Of a DNA stretch of 64,000 nt, positions 20,181-30,795 are shown piece by piece. Numbering within the stretch: the stretch's first letter is position 1; every line of letters starts with the position of its first letter. The stretch is from a virus: IMG/VR virus record IMGVR_UViG_3300035670_000067, positions 32,001-96,000 of that record; one strand, 5' to 3'. A program made the translations under genes and the position numbers. The notes below the pieces were generated by a model. The model worked only from the letters and a program-made list of their open reading frames with translations. It was not told the origin of the DNA and did not search any database.

Positions 20181-21742
20181 TACTCGCCTAAGAGGTATAG
20201 ATTGCGATAGTGGTTACTTACTTTGACTTCCTTCAAAAGCATATCAATCATAGTAGCTAATTTTTCTTGATTCCCGTCAAAATGCTTTTCACAAATCTTT
20301 AATGTCTGAATAAATCCGTATATGAGTTGTTTTTCTTCATCAGTAAAGGTGGACATAATGGTGTCATTAAAAACATTGTCTGTATTTAGACGCTCTTTTG
20401 CACACTTCACAATCAGAGATAAAGCAGAATCAACAATATCCTTCTTGGGTTTCTGCTGAGTCTGTTGACCACTACCCTGTCTGGAAGGCGGCACTATTCT
20501 GCCAGATGGATCAACTTGCCCACCGCCAGGAAGAATATTAATCGGCGTATCACCCCATGGAACTTTAGACATACCCTTCTTAGCGCGTCTTTCATTAATG
20601 ACTATAACGCCATTTCTAAGATCGTCACTATCTATTCTCCCTTCTGTCTCTGCATCTTCAAGATCGATAGCGCCAAACTCTAACTTTAGATCCATAAAAC
20701 CAAAACCGTCTTCTATGATCTCTTTTGTATAAGCGTAAGCTTCTTTATTCAATATAGGTTTTAGCGCACCATTCTTATAAATGCGAACTTGTTCTGCAGA
20801 ATTCAATTTGCCGGTAGTCTCATCAACTATACCCATGATGAATGGCTGCATCTTGAAAACAGCAAAAATTCTATTTCTTATTTCCTTGCCATATTCAGAG
20901 AATTCCATATCTTTATTATTGAGCGCTATTCTAACCCAACTCAGCTTATCACTATTCGTAATAAATGTCCTATGTGAATTACTTGCCCCCTTAAACTTAG
21001 ATTCCCAGTATTCTCTGAATTTCTTTAATTCTGTTCTGCTTAATCCAGGAACAGTCAAAACACCGCGAGCCTCTGCGCCATTGATAAAATTGTTCGAATT
21101 GTAATTAGCTCTGAGCAGATCTGTTGCCACACTATTCGCGACAACGTCTATTGGCTTTAATCCGTATGGTGTAGAACTCATGGGCAAGATGTTCAGAAGA
21201 ATTATTTCGTCCTTATCAAACTTAGGCGAATCTTCTGTAACGATCCCATTAGAAGTCTGTATGTAAGTATTCTTTTCGTAAAGATTACCACTTTTGTCTG
21301 TTCTTATTTTGATCGAAGCAGATTTTATCGCATAAATTTCTCTAAGAAGTTTCTGCCGCTTAACCTTTTCTATTGTACCGTATCCCCATATCAGAAGATC
21401 ACGTAAGAACTTTTCTCTTATTTCTCTAAACGACTCTTTGTTTAGATTGGGGTCGTTCAAGAATTCTGTGACGACTTCTATACGGCTCTTTACTTTACCA
21501 TCTATCTTTTGGTCTTTGTCCTTAGGCACTATTGACCAATTTGTCTGTGTGCAATCGTCAACTATTCTGTTGATCGTAGCAAACAGCCATTCATTCGCAT
21601 GATATAATTCAAAGGCGTCACTATTACTTACTCTGATGAACATTTCTTGGATAGGTGCGCCACTACGCACAAACCCATCTATTTCGCCAGATGCATCTTT
21701 TATAATCAGCCCGGTCGCTTCTGATAACGTCAGTCTTTTCAT
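20180..21742 (-). CDS. Portal protein
   Basis: DLLIWG, YGL.PI, F.NGA..RGVL, DMEF.E, I.AVFK..P, INE.R...GM..VPWGD. Confidence 0.92.
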   Translation of the reverse strand: MKRLTLSEATGLIIKDASGEIDGFVRSGAPIQEMFIRVSNSDAFELYHANEWLFATINRIVDDCTQTNWSIVPKDKDQKIDGKVKSRIEVVTEFLNDPNLNKESFREIREKFLRDLLIWGYGTIEKVKRQKLLREIYAIKSASIKIRTDKSGNLYEKNTYIQTSNGIVTEDSPKFDKDEIILLNILPMSSTPYGLKPIDVVANSVATDLLRANYNSNNFINGAEARGVLTVPGLSRTELKKFREYWESKFKGASNSHRTFITNSDKLSWVRIALNNKDMEFSEYGKEIRNRIFAVFKMQPFIMGIVDETTGKLNSAEQVRIYKNGALKPILNKEAYAYTKEIIEDGFGFMDLKLEFGAIDLEDAETEGRIDSDDLRNGVIVINERRAKKGMSKVPWGDTPINILPGGGQVDPSGRIVPPSRQGSGQQTQQKPKKDIVDSALSLIVKCAKERLNTDNVFNDTIMSTFTDEEKQLIYGFIQTLKICEKHFDGNQEKLATMIDMLLKEVKVSNHYRNLYLLGE

Positions 21743-21770
21743 CTACAAGTCTCCATAGAGCCTATATCTG

Positions 21771-24047
21771 TCAATCAATCCCACTAATATTCACATCACT
21801 AAATTCAATGGCAACTTGTGAAGTCTGGTTTATTTCGCAATTATAAACTGATCCGAAAATACTATCTATAACGTCTTTCCCATAACCGGTAGGATGATCA
21901 ACTTTGTTGCCCTTCAAATATTTCAAATGTCTGGATTCTCTTGCGAAAATATAATCATAAGGATATTCAACTCTATTTTCAACAAAACAATTCTTTGCTT
22001 TTACTGGAACTTCATCTGTTCTGTCAAGCGAAAGTAAATCTGTATCTATACCTCTATCTTCAAGCGATTGCTTGAACATGTGAGAGTTGTAACTGTCTGC
22101 TGTTATCTTGGCAATCTTGAATCCGCGCTTCAATAATGCCATGACAATATATTGCAAGATTCCGGTATAGTATATCTCACCATTTTTCAGCAATCGCACA
22201 TCAACTTTATCAGATGGATCTATCCATCCTATGAAATCAAGTTTGATTAGTGGCTTATCTTGCCACATTTCATCATCATCTACATCTTTAGGCTTTTCTT
22301 CTTTTGACAGATCTTCAGTCAACGGATCTGGCTCATTCATCGCTTTAGAAAACTCTTTGTTTTCGAGCGGATCGACTCTAACCTTGACCCAGCCAACGCA
22401 ATGAGTTAGTGAAAATGCGGTTTTATCCTTATTCTTCGATAAGTCGAAGTGCATATAGTAATCTGCTTCTATATCAGGAGTAAACCAGTCAGCAAACGCA
22501 CCATTCCCACGATATGGATTAGCAGTACAATTTTCATATTCTCTGCAAGCATACTTATTCTGTGTCAATGCTCTTTTCTGATAAACCGGACACTGCCTGC
22601 ATGTCTCGCAAACATTCTTATCGACAAATTCTGGGTCTCCCCAAAATGTCTCTATAACACCCATCGGCACAGCACCGAAATCTCGCATAGTCCTGCGATA
22701 ATCTCGTTCAAGCTGCTGCTTAAAATCGTCTTTTGTCAACTTAGGATGTATTTCCCAAGTTGCCTTCTGAACAGCGTATGCGCTTTTGTTCGTTTCAGAG
22801 ATTCTTTTTAATTCATAGAACTTATGCATCACGAAGTCGTCGTCATACCGCGGTGTCGTAATTCCGATCATTTTATAATGTTCTGGAAATCTAGTCTTGC
22901 ACGAACCAAATGCTGCTTCCCAACATTCTTCCGCCTTTGATTCTCCAGAGTCATCGTCTGTTCCTCCAGAAGAAGCCAAGAAGAATGCTATTTCGTCACC
23001 AACCCATTGAAGAGTGTTGTACCCAAGCCACCCAAAGGCTTGGGAGTTGCCGCTCAACGCAACCAAATTCTTTTGAAAGAAAACTGCTTGAACACTCGGG
23101 GTGTCATATTTCTTTTCAAACCAAGCACAATTCTGCAAATGACCAAGAAATTCTTTGAAGAATACGTTCTTTGCTTGATTTTCGTTTCTTGCAACGTTGA
23201 TGAAATATATGGGAGATCCCGGTGAAAGACCATAATATGACTGTGGGCTATACATGCACAAGCAACGATATATTCCATAAAGGTGTATAATACTAGAGAT
23301 GAAGTCTTTACCACTATTTTCAGGATATAATCCATTAGCGCAATAATTGTGATATGGATGGTCGCAGATTATATCATAGACCAATTCTGTTTTTCTAGGT
23401 TGGATGGATTCTAGACTAACCCAATGTATATTCGCAATGTGTTTATGTCGAGCTTCTGCAATTTCTGTCGGATTAATCGTCGGCGACAAAAATGTTCGCG
23501 GTGCCGCCATATAATCTCCAATAGACATCTTAGATATCGGAATTTTTCCCTTTCCTACAACATCTATGTTATGTTCATCTGTTGCATCGAGATACATCCC
23601 ATTAGAAAACGTGTATCTCTTTGTTTTTTGTAATCCTCTGGCAACGCACAACCCCTTATTCCAAATTTCTTTATTATTTTCATCTCTGCTCTGGACAATA
23701 ACCATTTGCCCGCACAACGATGACATTTTTCTAGGGCCACCATTTGTCCAAATTATTGTTTCTCCAGAAAGACAACCTTTTCCTAATAATAACAAAGCCT
23801 CACGCACTTCAGGTTTTGTAACTTCTACAGCAATTTCCATAATTTTAGGACGACAACCGCGACCAGTTCTAGGATTGAATTTACAATTTAGATATTCTTT
23901 ACTCTCTATAAATTCTACGATGTCTACAGGCTGTGTTTCCCAAATATCTTCTGGCGATGTCCCTATAGAGTGCGCCAAATATTTGAATGGATCAGCAACA
24001 AATTGATTTTCGTGTCCTCTTGAAATCTTGCGTGATTGTGCTGGCAT
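21771..24047 (-). CDS. terL: Terminase large subunit, intein-containing
   Basis: Walker A GKG|SGKD split by intein, Walker B VGDE, nuclease HFDLS...D, KVDHP..GKDV.D. Confidence 0.9.
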   Translation of the reverse strand: MPAQSRKISRGHENQFVADPFKYLAHSIGTSPEDIWETQPVDIVEFIESKEYLNCKFNPRTGRGCRPKIMEIAVEVTKPEVREALLLLGKGCLSGETIIWTNGGPRKMSSLCGQMVIVQSRDENNKEIWNKGLCVARGLQKTKRYTFSNGMYLDATDEHNIDVVGKGKIPISKMSIGDYMAAPRTFLSPTINPTEIAEARHKHIANIHWVSLESIQPRKTELVYDIICDHPYHNYCANGLYPENSGKDFISSIIHLYGIYRCLCMYSPQSYYGLSPGSPIYFINVARNENQAKNVFFKEFLGHLQNCAWFEKKYDTPSVQAVFFQKNLVALSGNSQAFGWLGYNTLQWVGDEIAFFLASSGGTDDDSGESKAEECWEAAFGSCKTRFPEHYKMIGITTPRYDDDFVMHKFYELKRISETNKSAYAVQKATWEIHPKLTKDDFKQQLERDYRRTMRDFGAVPMGVIETFWGDPEFVDKNVCETCRQCPVYQKRALTQNKYACREYENCTANPYRGNGAFADWFTPDIEADYYMHFDLSKNKDKTAFSLTHCVGWVKVRVDPLENKEFSKAMNEPDPLTEDLSKEEKPKDVDDDEMWQDKPLIKLDFIGWIDPSDKVDVRLLKNGEIYYTGILQYIVMALLKRGFKIAKITADSYNSHMFKQSLEDRGIDTDLLSLDRTDEVPVKAKNCFVENRVEYPYDYIFARESRHLKYLKGNKVDHPTGYGKDVIDSIFGSVYNCEINQTSQVAIEFSDVNISGID
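23316..23774 (-). mobile_element. Mini-intein (153 aa) in terminase Walker A
   Basis: Starts CLSGET, block B AT.EH, block F VYDI...HNY.ANG, ends PEN before Ser+1; no endonuclease domain. Confidence 0.9.
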
Positions 24048-24277
24048 TAGAACTTACCAAATGTCACGATATTGTTTAAGAACAAACGATAAACAAACGA
24101 TCCCTTCATACCCAATAATTCTTTGTCGATCTGCACACGCAAATCAGCAAATGGTACAGAAATCAATTTCATTCTATATATTCTCAACTTTTTACTACGC
24201 AGCGATTCATCTACTTCATTAGAAGACATATACTTGAAATATAATCTGAGATATTTTCTAAGTTTTGACATCTTCAT
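24047..24277 (-). CDS. Hypothetical basic protein
   Basis: Coupled ORF between the small and large terminase genes. Confidence 0.5.
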   Translation of the reverse strand: MKMSKLRKYLRLYFKYMSSNEVDESLRSKKLRIYRMKLISVPFADLRVQIDKELLGMKGSFVYRLFLNNIVTFGKF

Positions 24278-25085
24278 GTGACACTTCTATCACTTTGCCA
24301 ACGCCAGAAGTAGTTTTGACACTAGCTTCCATAAGTCCTCTGCGTATTGCAGATTGGACTTCTGTATCCTTAACATGTAATCCTATCAGCTCAACTATAG
24401 TTCTAAGAATAATCTTGAATCCGTCAGGCGTCAAGAAAAAGTCTGATTTTCTTTCGACTTTATCTATTCTCTCTATTGACTTGCCTATTGAGTCAACCAA
24501 TCTGGATATTCTATCTATTACCTGCCCATCAGTAAGTGAAGTTTCATTATCCACAATTTCTTTGATCAGAAAGAATTTCTCACCATTTCCCAAATGCTCT
24601 GCGGATAACGTCTCTTCTATGGCCTTAAGAAGTTTGTTGGGATTCTTTACTGGCTTATGCCTACTGAACCTATCTATGTATTGCGTAAGCATAACGCGCA
24701 GTGTGGCTAATTCTTTCTTGTGATCCAAAATATCTGGATCATTAATGAAAACAGTTAACACATCTGCCAATTGTTCGGTATACACACCCTTATACTTATC
24801 TAAGGCGGATGCAGTCCCGCTAACTAAGGCTCTCGTATTTGCTCCACCATGGAATCTACAATATAAACTTCCATCAGATGCTGCTCTTTTACATCTAACT
24901 TTAGGCAGATCATATAACTTTTTATTCTCTTCGTCTCGCTGATGCTTCATCCTAAAGCATCGCAACTTGCCACCCTTTACTCTATGTTCAATGGGAATAT
25001 CTTCACCAGACATCCCTATAAGATGCCCGTGTTCTTTATAAAGTTGGCGTCTTGCCTTCTTTTCTTTTGCAAAGTCTCTGGTCAT
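24258..25085 (-). CDS. Probable terminase small subunit (HGG motif)
   Basis: C...C....YCRFHGG motif, helical C-terminus, upstream of terL. Confidence 0.55.
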   Translation of the reverse strand: MTRDFAKEKKARRQLYKEHGHLIGMSGEDIPIEHRVKGGKLRCFRMKHQRDEENKKLYDLPKVRCKRAASDGSLYCRFHGGANTRALVSGTASALDKYKGVYTEQLADVLTVFINDPDILDHKKELATLRVMLTQYIDRFSRHKPVKNPNKLLKAIEETLSAEHLGNGEKFFLIKEIVDNETSLTDGQVIDRISRLVDSIGKSIERIDKVERKSDFFLTPDGFKIILRTIVELIGLHVKDTEVQSAIRRGLMEASVKTTSGVGKVIEVSHEDVKT

Positions 25086-25131
25086 GTTTCTTTCCGTCTA
25101 ATAGAAAGAATAACCAGCTGGAACAATCTAA

Positions 25132-25539
25132 TTAGTTCTTAGTTAACCATTCAAATATGGCTCTTATAACAGCCATCAATGTAACCGCTGATATTCCACT
25201 TCCCGCCACTACAGCGGCAGTTCTTTTCCTACTTGGTTTTCTGCCGCGCAGCCATTCTATATCCCCCTCCATTTTCAAAATCTTTTTAGAAATACAGATA
25301 TCGTTAACTTCCATTTTCTCAATTTGTCCACTCATAGAATCTATTTGTCCACGCATATTATCTATAGAAGTCTTATGTCCCTCTAACATCTGCCTTATAC
25401 CGACCACCCTACCCAAGGGATCGCCAACAATCGCTTCCTTTAATACGTTTAACGAATCATCTATACTATCAAACCGTCTATCGCCGGATTGCTTATGTTC
25501 GCGACATTCTTTTATAGATACTGGGCGATCATCAGACAT
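25132..25539 (-). CDS. Coiled-coil protein with C-terminal membrane helix (holin-like)
   Basis: C-terminal AVVAGSGISAVTLMAVIRAIF hydrophobic stretch. Confidence 0.45.
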   Translation of the reverse strand: MSDDRPVSIKECREHKQSGDRRFDSIDDSLNVLKEAIVGDPLGRVVGIRQMLEGHKTSIDNMRGQIDSMSGQIEKMEVNDICISKKILKMEGDIEWLRGRKPSRKRTAAVVAGSGISAVTLMAVIRAIFEWLTKN

Positions 25540-26129
25540 TAGGTGTTCTTATCTATGTGTTCGTACCATTCTAATCTAACATTCGTCAAATTTGAATTTG
25601 TTCCTGAAGTTAGTCTAAGCAAGTACTTTGTATTTCTCTTCAAGATCAATTCTTCATCATTTCTAACTATCGAAGCTGATCTGGCTTGCGCTGATGCACC
25701 ACCGCCCTTATAAGTATGGATCAACCTTCCATCTGTTGAACCGCCAGTTATTCCCTTGTGAATAGTGACTGTCGCAGCAGTCGAACTATTCCTATTATTA
25801 TTTCCAACAGTTTGTAAAGTAGTTCCAACTCTATCTGAATCTTCATATAAATCAAATTGCGTTATAGCCGAACCATCTAAATCAAACAACATATGAGCAT
25901 ATTTGGTTGAATTCGGTGTAGTGATCAAATAAACCTGAGCTTCTGAACTATTCAGTGCTACTGAATCGGTATAAATGAAGTGAGATCCTGCATGGATCTC
26001 ATGATGCGCGTAATCTATTATCTGAAGTGTATTCGTAGTCTTATCAACGCCAGAAATCCCATTAACCCATTTAATCCCACCAATAATCAGTGGTTTTATG
26101 AGTCTTTCTATAGCTGTTGATATCACCAT
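25539..26129 (-). CDS. Hypothetical, possibly virion beta-sandwich protein
   Basis: 196 aa Thr/Ser/Gly-rich ORF coupled to neighbours. Confidence 0.5.
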   Translation of the reverse strand: MVISTAIERLIKPLIIGGIKWVNGISGVDKTTNTLQIIDYAHHEIHAGSHFIYTDSVALNSSEAQVYLITTPNSTKYAHMLFDLDGSAITQFDLYEDSDRVGTTLQTVGNNNRNSSTAATVTIHKGITGGSTDGRLIHTYKGGGASAQARSASIVRNDEELILKRNTKYLLRLTSGTNSNLTNVRLEWYEHIDKNT

Positions 26130-26413
26130 TAATCTCCCATGTAATCATTGGCACCGAGGTATGAATTGGGACTAAAAGCGAAATATGCAGCCGCGCCAGC
26201 CATATCGCTTCTTCTTGCCCAACGAATAATGGTATCATTTCCTACAGTGTGCGTTCTGCGAACCGCCCATTCTGAAGTTGCTCTACTGGTCCCAACGTCT
26301 GCAAAGAATTCATAAACATAATCAACACCGCTGATTGTAACTTCAACAGTGACTTTATCAATAATGTCAGCAAACTGATTACCAACACTATTGAAAATCT
26401 TAGGCTTTGACAT
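26129..26413 (-). CDS. Hypothetical protein
   Basis: RBS AAGGA and TAATG coupling. Confidence 0.55.
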   Translation of the reverse strand: MSKPKIFNSVGNQFADIIDKVTVEVTISGVDYVYEFFADVGTSRATSEWAVRRTHTVGNDTIIRWARRSDMAGAAAYFAFSPNSYLGANDYMGD

Positions 26414-26451
26414 TGTCTTATCCTTTTACAGAAAAATCTGTCATGCTCTGA

Positions 26452-26640
26452 TTATTTGATAACTTTCTGATCTTCAGCACCAACAACTTTCTTTGCTGCT
26501 TCTATTCTATCCTGTGTTGGAATTTCGTATTCTTTGCGCTGTCTGAATTCTTCTTGCTTGCCTCTGTTCCAGAATTTGGTCGGACGAAAATATCCAACAA
26601 CTCTACTAAACACTTCGCATTCTCTTCCGCACTTAGCCAT
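26452..26640 (-). CDS. Stand-alone NrdD-type C-terminal glycyl-radical domain
   Basis: CEVFSRVVGYFRP...WNRGKQEEF.QR; ATG at 26638-26640 overlaps upstream TAA. Confidence 0.85.
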   Translation of the reverse strand: MAKCGRECEVFSRVVGYFRPTKFWNRGKQEEFRQRKEYEIPTQDRIEAAKKVVGAEDQKVIK

Positions 26641-27062
26641 TAGAGTAATCCTTGTCTTTGGAATCTCATTAGCTTTTCTCTGAGGGTTGTTCTTGCCATG
26701 TTCAAACATGCCGCTAAATCTGAAATGCTTACCGTATCGCCATGTTTCTTATATAACTGTAGAACTAACTCATCTATTCTTTTGCGGGCAACGTTTACCT
26801 TATGAATTCGTTCCAGTCTTTCTATCGGCGTCTCTGCATCGGCTAATCCCGTAACGGTTCTTGAAAATCCATAATTCGTATTTAATGTTTTCTTTCTAAG
26901 ACCAGAACCCAACTTATTTATGACTTCAAGTTGTTTCGTGATCTCTCCACTCAATTCTTTGAATATTTCTGAAGTTAAACTTTCAGCGCTTATTTCAGGA
27001 ACAGATTGACTTTGCTTGCTTGAGGGATCTGACATAGTGTCTTTCGAACGGCTCTTCATCAC
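26640..27062 (-). CDS. Protein with C-terminal helix-turn-helix
   Basis: SISDLAACLNMARTTLREKL. Confidence 0.55.
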   Translation of the reverse strand: MMKSRSKDTMSDPSSKQSQSVPEISAESLTSEIFKELSGEITKQLEVINKLGSGLRKKTLNTNYGFSRTVTGLADAETPIERLERIHKVNVARKRIDELVLQLYKKHGDTVSISDLAACLNMARTTLREKLMRFQRQGLL

Positions 27063-27831
27063 CCTGCCTCAGTAATATGCCGCCAAACTGCGGATTATGA
27101 TTTTTCCCGGCGGTTCTGGAAACAAACGGCGTTTTCATCTGCCAGCCGGGTGTCACTATAGATAACCCAGTGATTGTATTTGTCGGAATACCAACTGAAA
27201 TATATCTATGTCTGTGACTTCTAACTACAACATCAGAACGCTTTTCTCCCCATCTCATCTGATTAGCCCAGACTTCCGTTATTTCACCCATCGGTCCAGA
27301 TGATTCATAAGCCTGCCTTGATGTTGTTCCAATATGATGTGCTATGTTCACATTCCACCTGCCAACATCAATGAAAATCATCTGTGGTACTTCATCGCCA
27401 TCATATTTGTCAGCCTTCAAACAATCTGCAATCATTCTGGCTATTTCAGCAGACTGCCCGTCATGTACTTCTGTGCCGGCAGTCATCAAGAACTTGTTTA
27501 CTTTCTTGTTATGCCTAATCGGCTCTAGAATCTCAATCGCTGTATTTTTGTGATCATTCAAGTCATGACTGAATTGTGTTATGGAATTGTGATGTCTGTT
27601 ATCTACAACATCACCATTTACCACAATGGAATAACCCTCACCCTTAGTCACATCTGGAACCCATTCATTCCAGAACTCTTCCCAATACTGATACAATAAT
27701 AACTGAAATCTATTAGGCATGTATTTTCCACCACCGACCAATGTAATTCCATTTTTAGGACACATGCCGAATTTGCATCCGCCGTGTAAATCGCTAATGA
27801 TAATGAGATTATTTGTCTTCTGCGTTTTCAT
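26995..27831 (-). CDS. Calcineurin-like metallophosphoesterase
   Basis: SDLH, NGDVVD, GTEVH, HH, SHRH motifs. Confidence 0.8.
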   Translation of the reverse strand: MKTQKTNNLIIISDLHGGCKFGMCPKNGITLVGGGKYMPNRFQLLLYQYWEEFWNEWVPDVTKGEGYSIVVNGDVVDNRHHNSITQFSHDLNDHKNTAIEILEPIRHNKKVNKFLMTAGTEVHDGQSAEIARMIADCLKADKYDGDEVPQMIFIDVGRWNVNIAHHIGTTSRQAYESSGPMGEITEVWANQMRWGEKRSDVVVRSHRHRYISVGIPTNTITGLSIVTPGWQMKTPFVSRTAGKNHNPQFGGILLRQGDEEPFERHYVRSLKQAKSICS

Positions 27832-28053
27832 AACCTTCTCCTAGGACAACAGTTATATCAATCTGTAGCGCATCTAGAGATAAAAAGTTATTGAACGCTG
27901 TAACAAATGCGTTTTAGCCGCTCTAACACCACGCCCCACCCCGGCACATAGGCCAGCCCGCCTATTTGCGTCTAGACAGCCCCAAAAACGTTCTAGAAGC
28001 CGTTCCCGCCGTTGGCTGGTGCGCCACCTAGCCAACGGCACAGCAAAAACCAC

Positions 28054-28320
28054 CTAAGCTATGATCTTATCGCCCTTTGCTTCCATTATCGGCATGACTC
28101 TATCTGAATTAACCCAAAACGCGCCATTCCTTCCATCCTTGAGCTTCAGCATAATGCCGCTTGGTGAAATATCAACTATCTTGACTCTTACTGGCTTCTT
28201 TTCATCGCACAGTCTGACGATGTAAGATTTGCCGCGTTTGATCTCAATAGTCTTCTCTTCAATCTTCACATCTGTACCGTTCTGCTTCTCTTCCATCTTC
28301 TCTTCCATCTTCTCTTCCAT
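28054..28320 (-). CDS. Hypothetical protein (MEEK x3 N-terminus)
   Basis: ORF with SH3-like beta pattern. Confidence 0.45.
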   Translation of the reverse strand: MEEKMEEKMEEKQNGTDVKIEEKTIEIKRGKSYIVRLCDEKKPVRVKIVDISPSGIMLKLKDGRNGAFWVNSDRVMPIMEAKGDKIIA

Positions 28321-28564
28321 TTTGATTCACTTTCTTGTTCGATTTTCCAATAGCTAATACTTGTTATATTCCGGCTGCCATTACGGTAACGGCGACGGCT
28401 TCGGTTATATAGGCCGCCCCCTTAGGGGCGGCCATAACCGTATGTCGGCGCGGACGTTTTTTGAGAGAAATTGAACATTTTCCATCTTTCCTTTCCACTG
28501 AATCTCCAATCCGATGTACGATTTGCCAGCCGGTGACTAATATCTATTACATAGAAGTCTAGAA

Positions 28565-28596
28565 TAGGTGGTAGCCCTTTAAGGGGCTACCACCTA
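28565..28596 (-). terminator. Hairpin/terminator
   Basis: TAGGTGGTAGCCC...GGGCTACCACCTA inverted repeat downstream of the 28614 ORF. Confidence 0.6.
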
Positions 28597-28613
28597 ACGG
28601 CCACAGCATTTGA

Positions 28614-29117
28614 CTAGCCGGCGATGATCTTTTTCTTCTTTTTCTTGAGGATCTTGATGCCTTCGGCAGGCTTGATCACAGCTTCTGCTTTCGGCATATA
28701 AGTGTCCTCTTTCTTCACGAAATACTCAGCAGGAATGCTGAATGTCCACACATCGCCATCCTTTGTGAGAGGACAAACGATGCGTTCACCAATCTTCTTC
28801 GCGTCACGGAAGTAACCGCGAAGATAGATTTCATTGTTCCAGAAGAAAGAACCAAGCCACAAAGCAATCTGCCGAGCCTTTGTAACTTTGGTCTTCCACA
28901 TGCCTTCGGGATTAACAGAAATGGCGAACTTGGTCTTATCTTCATCATCCGTCAAGATGTCAAAACAGACCGGTTCGCCCTTTTTGAAACCCATCTTACG
29001 AACAGCGTGATTGTTAATCGCACTGTTGCTTTTCCCGGTGTTCAGAATGAGTGCCGGGAAGTCAACAGCACCACCAAATGAGTTCCGAGGGACCTTATCG
29101 AGCTTCACAAAAGCCAT
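28614..29117 (-). CDS. Hypothetical protein with Lys-rich tail
   Basis: Strong RBS CAGGAG, GC-richer codons. Confidence 0.65.
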   Translation of the reverse strand: MAFVKLDKVPRNSFGGAVDFPALILNTGKSNSAINNHAVRKMGFKKGEPVCFDILTDDEDKTKFAISVNPEGMWKTKVTKARQIALWLGSFFWNNEIYLRGYFRDAKKIGERIVCPLTKDGDVWTFSIPAEYFVKKEDTYMPKAEAVIKPAEGIKILKKKKKKIIAG

Positions 29118-29139
29118 GTTTTTTCTCCTGTTTTATGTT

Positions 29140-29511
29140 CTAGTTTTGCTCAAAACCGTCTTCTTTTTGATCAACTTTTTCTGTTTTCTCTTCGTTTTTT
29201 ACCTCTTCTTTCGTCGTTTCTTCTGCGATTTCTTCGTCTTTCACAAGCATCGGCTTAGGCATCAAACGTGCTCGGTTGATGCCATTTGTCCCCTTTGACT
29301 TGCCATATTGTGAAAGACTTTGAATGAATTGTTCCTTGTCAAAACTCTTGTGATTTCCAATTGTGACAATGTCATGATTATCTCTGACCGCCACGGCTAA
29401 CGTAGCAAGTAGACCAATCATCTCATCGCGGCTCATAAACCGGACAGCAACTGGAACTTCAACCGAGTTGACAAGAATTTCCTGATTACCATCGATCGTC
29501 TTAACGAGCAT
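29140..29511 (-). CDS. Hypothetical protein
   Basis: Overlaps epimerase stop; acidic C-terminus. Confidence 0.55.
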   Translation of the reverse strand: MLVKTIDGNQEILVNSVEVPVAVRFMSRDEMIGLLATLAVAVRDNHDIVTIGNHKSFDKEQFIQSLSQYGKSKGTNGINRARLMPKPMLVKDEEIAEETTKEEVKNEEKTEKVDQKEDGFEQN

Positions 29512-30352
29512 TTTGATAAAACTCCACTTGTGATTTTATGAGTTCTGTAATGCTTCTCTGTTGCGTGTGAATGGATTTCCATGTCGGACAGCATTCCAAT
29601 TTTAATGGATCATACGGTGGGAGCTCCTTATATTGTGGGTTTGCTTGTTTATTTGTGACCAGTTCGACTATCTTCAGGAGATCATCTAAAGAGATACTTT
29701 GTCCAGTGACATTGGAAATTGTTGATGTCTTACTATCTATCTTTTCAACAATGGCGTCTACGATTTTCAGCACATCAACAAATTCTCTAATCGGCGAGCG
29801 TCCGCGTTTTCTGTAGATCGTCAAGGGTTCTCCATACAGAACATGTCTAATCATCCGCGGAATGATGTGAGTCTCGTTGATGTGCGCTTCGCCATACTGC
29901 CCACTTGCGCCAGTAACATTGAAAAATCTCAAAATATTGTATTTCGTAGAATACCTCTTAACTAGAAGTTCCTGCATCAATTTGGTCATACCATAGTGGT
30001 TTATAGGCTCTAAACGACTTTCTTCCGTTATCATATCTTTTTTATTGCCATAAACTGAACAAGAAGAGGCTAAAATAACCGGGCAACGGTAACGGGCAAG
30101 CAACCGCCGCAGTTCAATTACATTGTTTTCGAAGTATTCATACGGCTTTTCTTCGCCTTCCGAAACGTATGCGTATGATCCTAAGTGAATAATTAGATCC
30201 GGTTGATTGTGGATATCAAGCGAATATGGAATGGTTGGATTCAAATTATAATGCCGTCCGCCGGTGTCGAAGAGCATTAGCTGGTGATTCTTCAATCTTT
30301 CGCAGAGGAACTGTCCGATGTAGCCCTTGTGTCCGATGATAAGAATTTTCAT
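29501..30352 (-). CDS. NAD-dependent epimerase (UDP-glucose 4-epimerase-like)
   Basis: MKILIIGHKGYIG, ASSCSVYG, YGMTK, LRFFNV.GA, ETHIIP. Confidence 0.88.
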   Translation of the reverse strand: MKILIIGHKGYIGQFLCERLKNHQLMLFDTGGRHYNLNPTIPYSLDIHNQPDLIIHLGSYAYVSEGEEKPYEYFENNVIELRRLLARYRCPVILASSCSVYGNKKDMITEESRLEPINHYGMTKLMQELLVKRYSTKYNILRFFNVTGASGQYGEAHINETHIIPRMIRHVLYGEPLTIYRKRGRSPIREFVDVLKIVDAIVEKIDSKTSTISNVTGQSISLDDLLKIVELVTNKQANPQYKELPPYDPLKLECCPTWKSIHTQQRSITELIKSQVEFYQNAR

Positions 30353-30795
30353 TTTAGGAACCTTTTGTGTTGTGCATTGTGCATTGTACAAAGGTAATAA
30401 CACTGCAAAAAGCCATGTTTGCCGCATAACTGCAAAAAAAACATGCCGTATTGTGCCGTGCCGTATTGCCGCAAAACTGTGTATTGTTTCGTTTTTATGA
30501 AATCTGTTCTATAGAATTTGGATCTTGAGTCTGTAAATGGAATCAAGTGATCAAAGATTCAGCAGTCTATGAATCATTCATCTGTAGAATCTTAGATTCA
30601 ATAGTTTGTTCAGTTCTTATGAGGCGGGTGTGCCCCCCCAACAAAAAGTTGCTATTTGAAAATAAAAGAATTCAAATTATTCTCCATATATACCCCAGGT
30701 AAGGGGCATGGTTGTAGGTTATATGGATATTCAAAATTTCCGGACGTCTTTTTGGAAATCTGGATTTGCAGTGCCACATTGTACCGCGCCGTATT

